Assembly: GCA_963662285.2 (NCBI GenBank)
Contig: CAXXMV010000008.1
Coordinates: forward strand, 1,472,001 to 1,536,000
Length of the DNA stretch: 64,000 bases
Origin: a bacterium
GTDB taxonomy: Bacteria > Hinthialibacterota > Hinthialibacteria > Hinthialibacterales > Hinthialibacteraceae
Direction: 5' to 3'
Below are positions 52,221 through 62,058 of this stretch, piece after piece. The notes beneath the pieces were generated by a model. That model searched no databases, had not been told where the DNA came from, and saw only the letters and a program-made list of their open reading frames with translations. The translations under genes were made by a program, and so were the position numbers. How positions within the stretch are numbered: the stretch's first letter is position 1; each line of letters begins with the position of its first letter.

Positions 52221-52863
52221 GCCAAGGGCAGTGTCCTTTCTGCCCTTGATTGAATCCACCTTTTTTATTCCCAGAATTCCCACCAACGATCCACACGGAA
52301 GACAGAATCATCATTCAGTTCATAGTTACGATAACTGGAAAACATCCAATCTTCCGGGGAAGATACAAGATTCCGGGTAACTGGATTCATGTGGCAATAA
52401 TTCAATTTCTCATGCAGTTTTTCAATGGAGAAAACATTGTAATCATAAAACCGGGGCATCCACAATTGGTGAACGTTCATACCTCTCTTACGTAACATTT
52501 TCAACAACCGTTTTGCACTATACCATTTTAGCGCTTGCATAACGGACGAGATACTTATGTCTGCTTGAGGAGCAATCAGAAAATGCGCATGTTCTGGCAT
52601 TAAAACATACCCCAAAACCATGAATCCTTTTTGTATTCTTGCTTTGTTTATGGCTTCTATTGCAACTTCACACGACCACTGTTTCGAGAAGAATGGTTTT
52701 TTATCATAACAAGATGTGGTAACGAAATGGATATGACCGGATTCATTAATCCGGATGGGGTGGATAATTGAGCGGAACTTATTGTCGACTTGTAACGAAT
52801 CATAGGATTGATTTCGTTTATCCATGATTATCAATCAAGGGCAGAAAGGACACTGCCCTTGGC
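52221..52863 (-). mobile_element. RAYT element: transposase flanked by perfect 33-bp inverted hairpin repeats
   Basis: 52221-52253 is the exact reverse complement of 52831-52863. Confidence 0.85.
52265..52825 (-). CDS. REP-associated tyrosine transposase (RAYT, Y1 HUH family)
   Basis: HFVTT, GYVLMPEHAHFL (HUH), LWMPRFYD, YCHMNPV (catalytic Tyr), DWMFSS. Confidence 0.92.
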   Translation of the reverse strand: MDKRNQSYDSLQVDNKFRSIIHPIRINESGHIHFVTTSCYDKKPFFSKQWSCEVAIEAINKARIQKGFMVLGYVLMPEHAHFLIAPQADISISSVMQALKWYSAKRLLKMLRKRGMNVHQLWMPRFYDYNVFSIEKLHEKLNYCHMNPVTRNLVSSPEDWMFSSYRNYELNDDSVFRVDRWWEFWE

Positions 52864-52941
52864 ACCCCCACTTCTCATTTTTTAACTTTATAACATATTT
52901 CAAAACATAGTAACAGGGCAGCAAAGCGCCAAGTATAAATC

Positions 52942-54585
52942 CTATTCCTCAGGCCGAACACCCAACCGCTGATTAACTTTAATCTCCTCCAACATCTTCT
53001 CTGTACCATCCACCCAACGAACGCGAATTGATTTAATAATCTCCGCCTCGCCTAATCCGAAGTGTATATCAGCGCTGTTCTGCGAAAGAAAACTATGGCT
53101 CGAATAGAGTTCGGCGATCTGTTTTCCTGAAGACGCTTCAATCTCCACCCGCGCTCCATAGGCGGGCATTGATTTATTGTTCTGCACAGCGATTTGAATC
53201 CAATTGCCGCATTTGCTGCGGTTCTCTAAAAAGAAGGGCTTGCCGTCAAGATTATTGATCACGATATCCAGGTCGCCGTCGCGGTCGAAATCGCCCACAG
53301 CGCAGCCGCGCGACACTCCGGTCAATTGGCTGGCCGGGCCTATTTTATCTGAGACATCCACAAATCTTCCCTTGCCTTTATTATGCATAAGTAAATTTTT
53401 CTGCGCATAACCATTGAGGAATTCCAGTTCATCGGCCAGTGGATAAACATGCCCCGCCGCTACGAACGCATCCGGCCAGACATCGTTATCGAAATCCTCC
53501 AGCAGCATCCCGAAACTGACTTTGGGTGGAGTCCCCTGTCCTAATCCAGTCACAAAAGTCGCATCGACGAACTGAAGGCCGCCTTCGTTGCGGTATAGGA
53601 TGTTATATTCCTTATGATAATTGGCCACAGCAATATCCAAATCCAGGTCGCCGTCAATATCACGCACCGCCACGCCCATACCGCCCTGTTCTTTGCCCCC
53701 ATCGCTCAGGCCGACTCCAGCAATCAGAGAGACTTCATCGAAAAATCCCTGCCCGTCATTTTCATAGAGATGATTGCTGGTGGTATCGTTGGCGATGTAA
53801 ATATCCAGATCGCGGTCGTTATCCAGATCAGTGAAAGTTACGGTGAAAGCGCGGCCAGCGGAGAATGAATTAATCCCGCGCTCTTTTGTTACGTCCTTAA
53901 ACGTACCGTCGCCATTATTTAGAAACAGATTATCGTCAGCAGGTTTATAAGCCGAAGGTCCGATAAAGGCCATGTGTCCATGAAACGGCGCCAGCGTGCC
54001 TTTCTTGTCAGCAATTGCGGTAGAAAAAACAGCGTACTGCCCCACATAAAGATCAAGCAAACCATCGCCGTTGATATCAGCGAACGCTGCGCCGGTGCTC
54101 CAGCCGTTATTCTGAGCGCCCCCCGCGTTTTCAACTTTATTAAACTTACCGGCGCCATCATTAAGATAGAGTTGATTAGGTCCGAAATTAGTCAAATAGC
54201 AATCCAGGTCGCCATCATTATCGATATCTGCGAAATAGGCGCCAGTTCCAAAACCGGCGTCTCCCAGGCCGCTGGCTTCGGTTGCATTGCGGAACGTTCC
54301 GTCTCCCTTATTGAGATACAACTGGTTGCGCGGCGAGGATTCATCGACCTTGCCCATAACATCAGCGCCATTGACAAGGTAAATATCATCCCACCCATCG
54401 CCGTTGATATCCGCCACAGCCACCCCGGCGCCTTTGGCCTCAACAATATATTTTTTCTGAGCTGCGCCATTCTTCTGCTGAAAATCAATTCCCCGCTCCA
54501 AGGCGTTTTCAACAAACTCGAATTGCCCGAACGCCAACGGTGCAGCACACATAAAGCATATTATTAAGAGCGCTAATTTCCTCAT
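52942..54585 (-). CDS. CRTAC1/ASPIC-UnbV family FG-GAP repeat protein
   Basis: Multiple D(I/L/F)(N/D)xDGxxD repeats; GARV...SQN...HFGLG...IRVRW.DG. Confidence 0.9.
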   Translation of the reverse strand: MRKLALLIICFMCAAPLAFGQFEFVENALERGIDFQQKNGAAQKKYIVEAKGAGVAVADINGDGWDDIYLVNGADVMGKVDESSPRNQLYLNKGDGTFRNATEASGLGDAGFGTGAYFADIDNDGDLDCYLTNFGPNQLYLNDGAGKFNKVENAGGAQNNGWSTGAAFADINGDGLLDLYVGQYAVFSTAIADKKGTLAPFHGHMAFIGPSAYKPADDNLFLNNGDGTFKDVTKERGINSFSAGRAFTVTFTDLDNDRDLDIYIANDTTSNHLYENDGQGFFDEVSLIAGVGLSDGGKEQGGMGVAVRDIDGDLDLDIAVANYHKEYNILYRNEGGLQFVDATFVTGLGQGTPPKVSFGMLLEDFDNDVWPDAFVAAGHVYPLADELEFLNGYAQKNLLMHNKGKGRFVDVSDKIGPASQLTGVSRGCAVGDFDRDGDLDIVINNLDGKPFFLENRSKCGNWIQIAVQNNKSMPAYGARVEIEASSGKQIAELYSSHSFLSQNSADIHFGLGEAEIIKSIRVRWVDGTEKMLEEIKVNQRLGVRPEE

Positions 54586-54624
54586 TATGGATTCCCCCAA
54601 AAACTCAGTTCGACAACAGTGATC

Positions 54625-55764
54625 CTATTTCAAAACTTCGCTGCTTTGTTCCATTTTCTCGATGGCGGATTGTAAATTATTTTTGATCCGGGGATCTTTA
54701 TTGCCCAGTTCAATCGATTTCTCGAAGGCCTTAACCGCATCTTGGTAATTCCTCAGGAACATCTGACAAACCCCGATGTTATTATAATACTCAGGCTGAG
54801 TGGGATTCTGTTCCACCGCTTTTTGAAACGAGTCCAGGGCTTGCGTATAATCCCTCTGTTGCAAATAAAGCATCCCGATATATCCATAAATCGTTGTTCG
54901 CGTCGGTTCAATTTCCAAACCTTGCTTAAAAGCCTCTATAGCTTTTTCTATATTCTTCTGACGCATATACAGGCCGCCCAGACCAAACCAGTTATCCGCC
55001 TTTTTAGGGTCGCGCCGCACCATACGGAGCGCAATTTTCAATTTATTCTTGAGTTCCAATTTTTCCTGATATTGCTTCAATGCTTTTTGCGATTCATCGC
55101 GCCGCCCCGCTTTAGCCAGAGCCTGCCCCAGCAGACGATAGCCCTCAGGCTCGGTCGGATCAATTTTGATGGATCGCGTCAGTTCTTCTATAGCGGTTTC
55201 ATATTGCTTCAGTTTCACCAGCGTATTGCCCAGCCCGAAATGTCCATGATAACCATCCGGAGCAATCCGGCACATCTCTTGAAAAACGGTTTGCGCTTCA
55301 TCCAGGCGCTGCATTAAAATAAGCAGCTCGCCCAACAGCCTGCGGGGTCGTAGATATTGGGGATCAGCGTCAATAGCTAATTTGTAATTCCGCTCAGCCT
55401 CTGGAAACTCATTAACCATCTTTTGATAATACACTCCGAGCATGGTATATGCTTCAGCACTGGCAGGATCAAGTTGAACTACTCTTTTCAACTGCTGCAC
55501 CGCATCTTCCATTCGCTCCAGACCAATCAACTGCCGCGCCGCCCCCAAATGCCACGCCGCATTATTCTCATCAAGCGCTATGGCTTTCTCATACCAGGAT
55601 AAAGATTCCGCATAAAGATATTGTTTCTCAGCTTTCTGAGCATGATAAATATACACTTTAATATTCGACAAAGGATTATCATCCCCACCTTCGGCGGCAA
55701 GTAATGCGCTGCAATTAATGGACATAATAAATGTAATCAATGATATTTTAATAATGCTTTGCAT
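54625..55764 (-). CDS. Secreted tetratricopeptide repeat protein
   Basis: Signal peptide and many A...LG....A...Y..A...DP TPR units. Confidence 0.88.
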   Translation of the reverse strand: MQSIIKISLITFIMSINCSALLAAEGGDDNPLSNIKVYIYHAQKAEKQYLYAESLSWYEKAIALDENNAAWHLGAARQLIGLERMEDAVQQLKRVVQLDPASAEAYTMLGVYYQKMVNEFPEAERNYKLAIDADPQYLRPRRLLGELLILMQRLDEAQTVFQEMCRIAPDGYHGHFGLGNTLVKLKQYETAIEELTRSIKIDPTEPEGYRLLGQALAKAGRRDESQKALKQYQEKLELKNKLKIALRMVRRDPKKADNWFGLGGLYMRQKNIEKAIEAFKQGLEIEPTRTTIYGYIGMLYLQQRDYTQALDSFQKAVEQNPTQPEYYNNIGVCQMFLRNYQDAVKAFEKSIELGNKDPRIKNNLQSAIEKMEQSSEVLK

Positions 55765-55903
55765 GGATTCACCTTTTCAATATCACCTACATAATCAATA
55801 TTCTAAACCATAACGCCAGATTCAAAATATGTTCTTTATTAAGATACCACATTCTAAGCATATATGAAACAATCATAATATAAAAAATTCTTCATTACCT
55901 AGC

Positions 55904-55934
55904 TTGACTCTACCCCTGGGGCGGAGATTATAGT
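55904..55934 (+). promoter_or_regulatory. MerR-type promoter/operator
   Basis: TTGACT-19 bp-TATAGT with dyad CTCTACCCC-T-GGGGCGGAG across the spacer. Confidence 0.85.
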
Positions 55935-55962
55935 GTTCATATCACACATTGGACAATGAAAA

Positions 55963-56775
55963 ATGTTTAGTATAGGCGAATTTTCACGCATAACCGGATT
56001 ATCGATCAAAGCCTTGCGGCTCTATCACCAAAAAGAGATTCTAATACCGCATGTGATTGATGCTTCAACCGGATATCGCTACTACAACCATAATAATGTC
56101 GAGACGGCGCGAGTCATTAAAGAACTACGCAACATGGAATTCAGTTTAAGCGATATTCATACAATCATTCAAACTGATTCTAATGATAATGAAATTGTTG
56201 CAGAATTAATAAAGCATAAACAAAATCTTATTAAAAAGATTGATGATCATTCCAACATAGTTAAGAAACTCGATCTGATCATCAAGAACGAAAAGGAGGC
56301 TCAAATGGCGCTGCAAAAGGAAAATCATGAAGTTGAAGAAAAAGTAGTGGATAGCATCCTCATTGCCAGCATTCGCTACAAAGGAAAATACTGTGATTGC
56401 GGTCAGGCATTCGGCAAAATCTATAGAAAAATGGGTCGGCTGGCCTCAGGCAAACCGTTCAACCTCTATTACGACGCTGAATACAAAGAAGATGACGCCG
56501 ACATCGAAAGTTGCGTTCCGGTTAGTAAAGCAAAAGAGTCCGGGGGAATAGTTATTCGCACTTTAGAAGGAGGTAAATGCATCAGCCTGATCCACCAAGG
56601 CCCCTATGATGAACTTGGGCGATCCTACGAAAAAATCATCGCTTACGCAAAAGAGAAAGGCTGCAAAATTTCCATTCCCTCGCGTGAGATTTACATCAAG
56701 GGTCCGGGAATGATTCTCAAAGGAAACCCTAAAAAATACATAACCGAAATCCAAATTATGATTGAGGATGAATAA
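55963..56775 (+). CDS. MerR family regulator with GyrI-like effector domain (BmrR-like)
   Basis: FSIGEFSRITGLSIKALRLYH, TGYRYY; HQGPYDEL...SREIYIKGPG...ITEIQ. Confidence 0.93.
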   Translation: MFSIGEFSRITGLSIKALRLYHQKEILIPHVIDASTGYRYYNHNNVETARVIKELRNMEFSLSDIHTIIQTDSNDNEIVAELIKHKQNLIKKIDDHSNIVKKLDLIIKNEKEAQMALQKENHEVEEKVVDSILIASIRYKGKYCDCGQAFGKIYRKMGRLASGKPFNLYYDAEYKEDDADIESCVPVSKAKESGGIVIRTLEGGKCISLIHQGPYDELGRSYEKIIAYAKEKGCKISIPSREIYIKGPGMILKGNPKKYITEIQIMIEDE

Positions 56776-56777
56776 AT

Positions 56778-58526
56778 CTAAAACATATCAGCAATCGTCA
56801 GCCAGACGGTTTGATAGGGTGACAGCGTAATGCAGCCGTTTTCCGGGTGGAGAATGTCTTGATTAATCAGGTTGATATATTCAGATTCGCCTTCCAAAGA
56901 AGGAATCTGCCCACCTATCGGCGCCGATATTTCTTCAGAAGTAACATTACTGATGCAAACAATCGTTTCCAGTTTATCCACCGATGTACGACTGAAAGCG
57001 AACAACTGGTCGCCCAAATCATAAACCTTCTGACCTCCATCGGGATGGAAAGCCTCATGTTCAATACGGATTTTCAATAATCTTACTAGTTCATTGAAAA
57101 CTTTGGCATTGACAGTATCCTCATCGCTCAACAATGCCAGCAACTCCGATTCGCGCCATTTCTTACGGTTGATCGAACGCGCCTGCCCTGTTCGATCAAC
57201 ATTAACAAAATCATTGGGTGTTGCGACCAGACTATGAAAATAAAGCGCCGGGATGCCTTTCAAACCCATAGGTATTGTCTGCGAACACAGAAAACGCGGC
57301 GCATGAAATTCACAGTCGGGTTGTCCCGGTTCGGCCAAAGCCGCGAAATAAGTTATATTCAACTCATAAGGACTATCGCTGCCATCCTCATTGCGCTTAC
57401 TGGAAACGAAACCACCACATTGCTGGACTTTAGCAACCAGCTGCGCAATATCTTCCTCAGGCAACAATCCCTCCAAGGGACGCACTCCGATCCCGTCATG
57501 CGAAGCGGTGAAATTTAGAAAAGTACACCCTTCCGGGGCATCGGGAAGATTCATGGCCCAATCAGTTAAATATCGTGCGCTACCGCTAATCAGCGTATGC
57601 AATAACAACGGCGGAAGGCTGAACTGATAGACTATATGGGCTTCGTCGCCCGAACCGAAATAACTGATATTTTCTTCATGAGGTACATTGGTCTCTGTTA
57701 AAATCAGCGTGTTAGGCGCTATCATTTCCAGAAAATCGCGGAATAACCTGACCACTGTATGGGTTTGTGATAAGTGAATGCACGAAGATCCGATCTCTTT
57801 CCAAAGATATGCGATGGCGTCCAACCGGATAATCTGCGCTCCCTGGGAAATATAAAACATAAGAATATCCAGAAACGCAAAAAGCACATCCGGATTAGCG
57901 AAATTCAAGTCAACCTGATCGTCGCTGAATGTGGTCCAGACATAACTTTCTCCGGCAGGCGTGACAACACGGGTTAATAGGGGACTGGTTCTAGGTCTGA
58001 CAACCGCCTCCAGGTTAGCCTCAGGATCGCATTCAATAAAATAATGCCGTGCAGGAGCGATTCCATTGAGAAAATCCCGGTACCAGGCGCTCTTGCTGGA
58101 GCAATGGTTAAGCACCAGATCAAACATAAGCCTAAAATTTTCTGCTAAAGCGCTTATGTTATCCCAGTCGCCAAGTTCGGGATTCACCGCCTTATAATCT
58201 ATCACGGAAAAACCGTCGTCAGAAGAATATGGCGAAAAAGGCAATATATGAACCGCATCAATAGCGCCTTTTAATCTGCCATCCAGAAAACGTTTAAGAG
58301 TTACTAACGGTTTCTCGCCTCTGGCTTGAATCATATCGCCATAAGTAATCAGGACGCTGCTTCTTTGATCCCAACGAGGCTCTAGTTCAGGCAAGTCGTA
58401 TCCTAACGCATAACGGCCCACCAGCATCGACAATCGTTCCATACAATCTTGCGTGCGGGAACCATATAGTTCATTCATGTGATGCTGAATCCGGCGAATA
58501 TAAGGGCTGGAAAATGATTTAATCAT
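56778..58526 (-). CDS. GH13_18 sugar phosphorylase, probably glucosylglycerate phosphorylase
   Basis: LITYGD, SSDDGFSVIDY, WTTFS.DQVDLN, RLDAIAY, LTETNVPH, ASHDGIG, PYELN (TETN and YE fit the glucosylglycerate clade). Confidence 0.85.
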   Translation of the reverse strand: MIKSFSSPYIRRIQHHMNELYGSRTQDCMERLSMLVGRYALGYDLPELEPRWDQRSSVLITYGDMIQARGEKPLVTLKRFLDGRLKGAIDAVHILPFSPYSSDDGFSVIDYKAVNPELGDWDNISALAENFRLMFDLVLNHCSSKSAWYRDFLNGIAPARHYFIECDPEANLEAVVRPRTSPLLTRVVTPAGESYVWTTFSDDQVDLNFANPDVLFAFLDILMFYISQGAQIIRLDAIAYLWKEIGSSCIHLSQTHTVVRLFRDFLEMIAPNTLILTETNVPHEENISYFGSGDEAHIVYQFSLPPLLLHTLISGSARYLTDWAMNLPDAPEGCTFLNFTASHDGIGVRPLEGLLPEEDIAQLVAKVQQCGGFVSSKRNEDGSDSPYELNITYFAALAEPGQPDCEFHAPRFLCSQTIPMGLKGIPALYFHSLVATPNDFVNVDRTGQARSINRKKWRESELLALLSDEDTVNAKVFNELVRLLKIRIEHEAFHPDGGQKVYDLGDQLFAFSRTSVDKLETIVCISNVTSEEISAPIGGQIPSLEGESEYINLINQDILHPENGCITLSPYQTVWLTIADMF

Positions 58527-58548
58527 TATATGTCACATCCCACATTTC

Positions 58549-59817
58549 TTATTCATCGCGCGTGCCAATGATATTCGATACCAGAGAATTTAATTTTCTA
58601 CGCAGCACCTGATAACTGAAAAACTTTTTGGCTAAATCAAAATTATGGTTAACCATTGCTTCCCGGTATTCACTATCTTCCAATATCTTGCGAATTTCAT
58701 CAACGGCGCTTTGCGTTACAAAACCCTCCATAACCGGAACTTGAAAACCTTTCGGTTCTATATCCCGAATGAAGATTGAATAACGATTGACGAAGACTGG
58801 TTTCTTGAAATAGAACGCTTCTAGTAATGCATTGCCAAAACCTTCATAAAGACTGGTATAAGTAACCAGATCGGCATGAGGATAAAGGTCCCACAGAGTA
58901 TATATTTTTTCCCCATCGTTGTTTAACTGCCGCTTTTCTCCAATACGGGTTTCTATAAAACAGATATCAACCCCCTCTTTATGCGCAGTATCACGCAGCA
59001 TATTCATATATTCAAAACCTTCATCGCCCGCCTCATGCGAGATTACCAGTTTGTATTTGGGATCATCCAGCATTTTTACCAGCTTAATAGCATGCTCAAT
59101 ACCCTTACGGGGCACTATGCGGGTTGGCTGTAATATCATCACATCATCCGGTTTGAGACCAATCTCAGCACGAATATCTGATGAATATTCATCTACGGTT
59201 GGCGCTGGAATTTCAAAATCAAAAACATTAGGCACCAGGGTGGAAGAAACTCCTTTTCGCCAGGATAATTCCTCCTGAGCGGATTGATTGATTACAGCAT
59301 GTTGTAAATCAATTTCACGCGGCGGAAAAGACATTTCCAGATAATCATTGATTGAGTTAACCAGAAAACGGGTCCTCTCCCAATAAAAATCATGATGATG
59401 GGCGATTGCAGGTATACGGGTTTCACTTAAAAATTCGGTAACCGCAATACCTAAAGGTACATGCATGGGGATGCTGACAACATTTTCAAGCACCAGCAAT
59501 GAAATATCATAGTGATCTATGAATTTATAAAGAGTATATTTGAGATATAAAGCTAAATCCCATATCCGGCGGGTTACGATTGGATCGCGAGTTGTATTAT
59601 TCCATATTTGACTGTTTATCCACTCTACTTCCGGATGCCCGAAATAGGCTTCAGGTACGCAATAACTCTCTCCCGGAGCGCGATCCAAACGTCCGGCATA
59701 CCAAAAATTCAGGTGTTGCTGATCATCATAAAGCACTTGCGCCCATTTGGCGCTCTCCAGAGTTACGCCGTCTGTTCCAGCAAAACGGGTTGAAATGAAT
59801 CCGATTCGTTCCGCCAT
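58549..59817 (-). CDS. GT4 glycosyltransferase, mannosylglucosylglycerate synthase-like
   Basis: RFAGTDGVTLE, HHHDFYWER, LQPTRIVPRKGIEHA, YEGFGNALLEA; gpgS context. Confidence 0.75.
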   Translation of the reverse strand: MAERIGFISTRFAGTDGVTLESAKWAQVLYDDQQHLNFWYAGRLDRAPGESYCVPEAYFGHPEVEWINSQIWNNTTRDPIVTRRIWDLALYLKYTLYKFIDHYDISLLVLENVVSIPMHVPLGIAVTEFLSETRIPAIAHHHDFYWERTRFLVNSINDYLEMSFPPREIDLQHAVINQSAQEELSWRKGVSSTLVPNVFDFEIPAPTVDEYSSDIRAEIGLKPDDVMILQPTRIVPRKGIEHAIKLVKMLDDPKYKLVISHEAGDEGFEYMNMLRDTAHKEGVDICFIETRIGEKRQLNNDGEKIYTLWDLYPHADLVTYTSLYEGFGNALLEAFYFKKPVFVNRYSIFIRDIEPKGFQVPVMEGFVTQSAVDEIRKILEDSEYREAMVNHNFDLAKKFFSYQVLRRKLNSLVSNIIGTRDE

Positions 59818-59915
59818 AATATTTCACACCATAATTATTTTCTGTATATAATTAAAATGTAGCAGATATTCTGTAGGATAGTAGTGTAAATTTATTTTTT
59901 GTATTATTAGGTAAT

Positions 59916-61094
59916 ATGGATACATCTATAAAGTCTATTCTTGATTCACTGCAAAAATACAAAGAATCGCTTTATTCACTAAGCGAATCGGTTCTTGCCA
60001 ATTTGGTAATGGTAGGAGAAATCCCCGCGCCTACCTTTAATGAAGAAAACCGCATTCAATTTTTTTGTAATCGCCTAAGTGAATGCGGTCTTCAGAATTG
60101 CTCTACAGATGAAATGGGCAACGGATTTGGCATTCTACCTGGGAAAAATTTGCTTTCTGATAAGAATATACTTGTCGTGGCTCATGCCGACACCCTGGTA
60201 TCAACTGAAATCGACCACACTATCTCTATCCAACCAGATAAAATAACCGGACCGGGTTTGGGTGACAACAGTCTGGGATTAGCCGTCATCGCCACGCTTC
60301 CCACGATTTTTGAGAGTTTAGATATTCACTTAGAGTCAAACTTAATCCTTATGGGATCCGTAAAAGGTTTAGGCAAGGGCGACCTGGAAGGTCTGCGCTT
60401 TTTCTTAAAGAATAATCCGCGGCCCATCCAGGCTGGAGTCTGCCTGGAAGGCGTTCAACTTGGACGGCTTAGTTATAATTCGCTAGGGATGTTTCGCGGT
60501 GAGATCGCTTGCATTGTTCCTGACGAATATGACTGGACCCAATTCGGCGCTTCCGGCGCCATTATAACCATGACTGACCTGATCGGGAAAATCAACTCCA
60601 TTCCCATACCACGGAGACCTCGAACCACAATTTTGTTAGGTTCAATTCGTGGAGGAACCGCTTATAACACCTTAGCGACCCGGTCGCTGCTCCGTTTTGA
60701 AGTTCGCAGCGAATCAGATGAAATCGTCAACGATTTAGAGAACCAGATCCATGATATCGTCACTGAAATGATGTATCAGTCTCATGCAGATATATCAATG
60801 AATATCTTCGCCAGACGAAAATCCGGAGGAATACTCTTTCGTCATCCTCTGGTGGAAACTATGCGGGAAATCATGAAAACGCTGGACATTAAGCCGCGCA
60901 TCACTCCCAGCATCTCCGAACTATCCGCTTTTATTGATCATAACATCCCCGCCATTACCCTTGGAATAACACGGGGCGAACGCTCTGACGAAATTTGTGA
61001 AACAATACAAATCGAACCGATGTTCACCGGCTTAGCTCAGTTAATCGGAGCGCTTTTGGCCATTGATTGCGGAGTTTGCGATGAACAACAATAA
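59916..61094 (+). CDS. M20/M25/M40 family metallohydrolase
   Basis: IPAPTFNEE, DEMGN, AHADT, GPGLGDNS; several usual metal ligands look degenerate. Confidence 0.75.
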   Translation: MDTSIKSILDSLQKYKESLYSLSESVLANLVMVGEIPAPTFNEENRIQFFCNRLSECGLQNCSTDEMGNGFGILPGKNLLSDKNILVVAHADTLVSTEIDHTISIQPDKITGPGLGDNSLGLAVIATLPTIFESLDIHLESNLILMGSVKGLGKGDLEGLRFFLKNNPRPIQAGVCLEGVQLGRLSYNSLGMFRGEIACIVPDEYDWTQFGASGAIITMTDLIGKINSIPIPRRPRTTILLGSIRGGTAYNTLATRSLLRFEVRSESDEIVNDLENQIHDIVTEMMYQSHADISMNIFARRKSGGILFRHPLVETMREIMKTLDIKPRITPSISELSAFIDHNIPAITLGITRGERSDEICETIQIEPMFTGLAQLIGALLAIDCGVCDEQQ

Positions 61095-62058
61095 TTGGCT
61101 CAAAAACAATACTTTTCATCACTCCCAATTCTGGGATATCCTTCAGATGATTGAGGAGAAAGAACGCCAGAACCTTACCATCTCGCTGTGCATACCCACC
61201 CTGAATGAAGAAAAAACCATTGGCAAAGAGATCGTAATTTTCCATTCCGAATTGATGTCCCGTTATCCTTTGCTGGATGAAATCGCCGTGATTGATTCAG
61301 GTTCGGTTGATAAAACTATAGACGTCGCTTCCAATTTCGGCGCCGACGTCTATCTATCTTCAGAGATTCTTCCCGAACTGGGCGAAAAACGGGGTAAAGG
61401 CGAAAATCTCTGGAAAGCCATCTATCAACTCAAGGGCGATATCATCGTCTACGTCGACGCCGATATTAAAAACATCCATCCCCGTTTTGTTTATGGTTTG
61501 GTAGCGCCTTTGATCTATAATCCACAGATTAAATACGTTAAAGCTTTTTATGACAGACCTTTAGCAGAATCCAATAAAATACGGCCTTCTGGAGGCGGTC
61601 GCGTCACCGAGATATTAATCCGCCCCCTCTTCTCTCTATTTTTCCCGGAATTGACCGATATCATTCAACCGCTTTCCGGCGAATACGCCGTCAGACGCGA
61701 GGTCTTGGAAAATATTCCCTTCCCTATTGGATATGGAGTTGAAACTTCTCACCTGATTGATGTATACAAGCGTTGGGGAATGAAGGCCTTTGGCCAAACT
61801 GATCTTGATCAACGCGTCCACCGCAATCAGGAAACCCGCGATCTGGGCAAAATGTCATTCGGCATCCTGCAAACATTTCTATCCCGCTTAAAGGCTTTGG
61901 GGGTGGTTAAAGATATTCCTGAACTAAACAAAATCCTCCACCAATCATCTGTTAAGGATAATATTTATCAACGGGATGATTTCTCCATCCAGGAAGAAGA
62001 ACGCCCCCCCATGATTGATGTGCCAGCCTACCGGGAAAAATACGGTCTGAATAAATGA
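61081..62058 (+). CDS. gpgS: Glucosyl-3-phosphoglycerate synthase
   Basis: IPTLNEE, IDSGS, GKGENLW, VDAD, VKAFYDRP, GGGRVTE, QPLSGEYA, GYGVE, RVHRNQ. Confidence 0.9.
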   Translation: MNNNNWLKNNTFHHSQFWDILQMIEEKERQNLTISLCIPTLNEEKTIGKEIVIFHSELMSRYPLLDEIAVIDSGSVDKTIDVASNFGADVYLSSEILPELGEKRGKGENLWKAIYQLKGDIIVYVDADIKNIHPRFVYGLVAPLIYNPQIKYVKAFYDRPLAESNKIRPSGGGRVTEILIRPLFSLFFPELTDIIQPLSGEYAVRREVLENIPFPIGYGVETSHLIDVYKRWGMKAFGQTDLDQRVHRNQETRDLGKMSFGILQTFLSRLKALGVVKDIPELNKILHQSSVKDNIYQRDDFSIQEEERPPMIDVPAYREKYGLNK

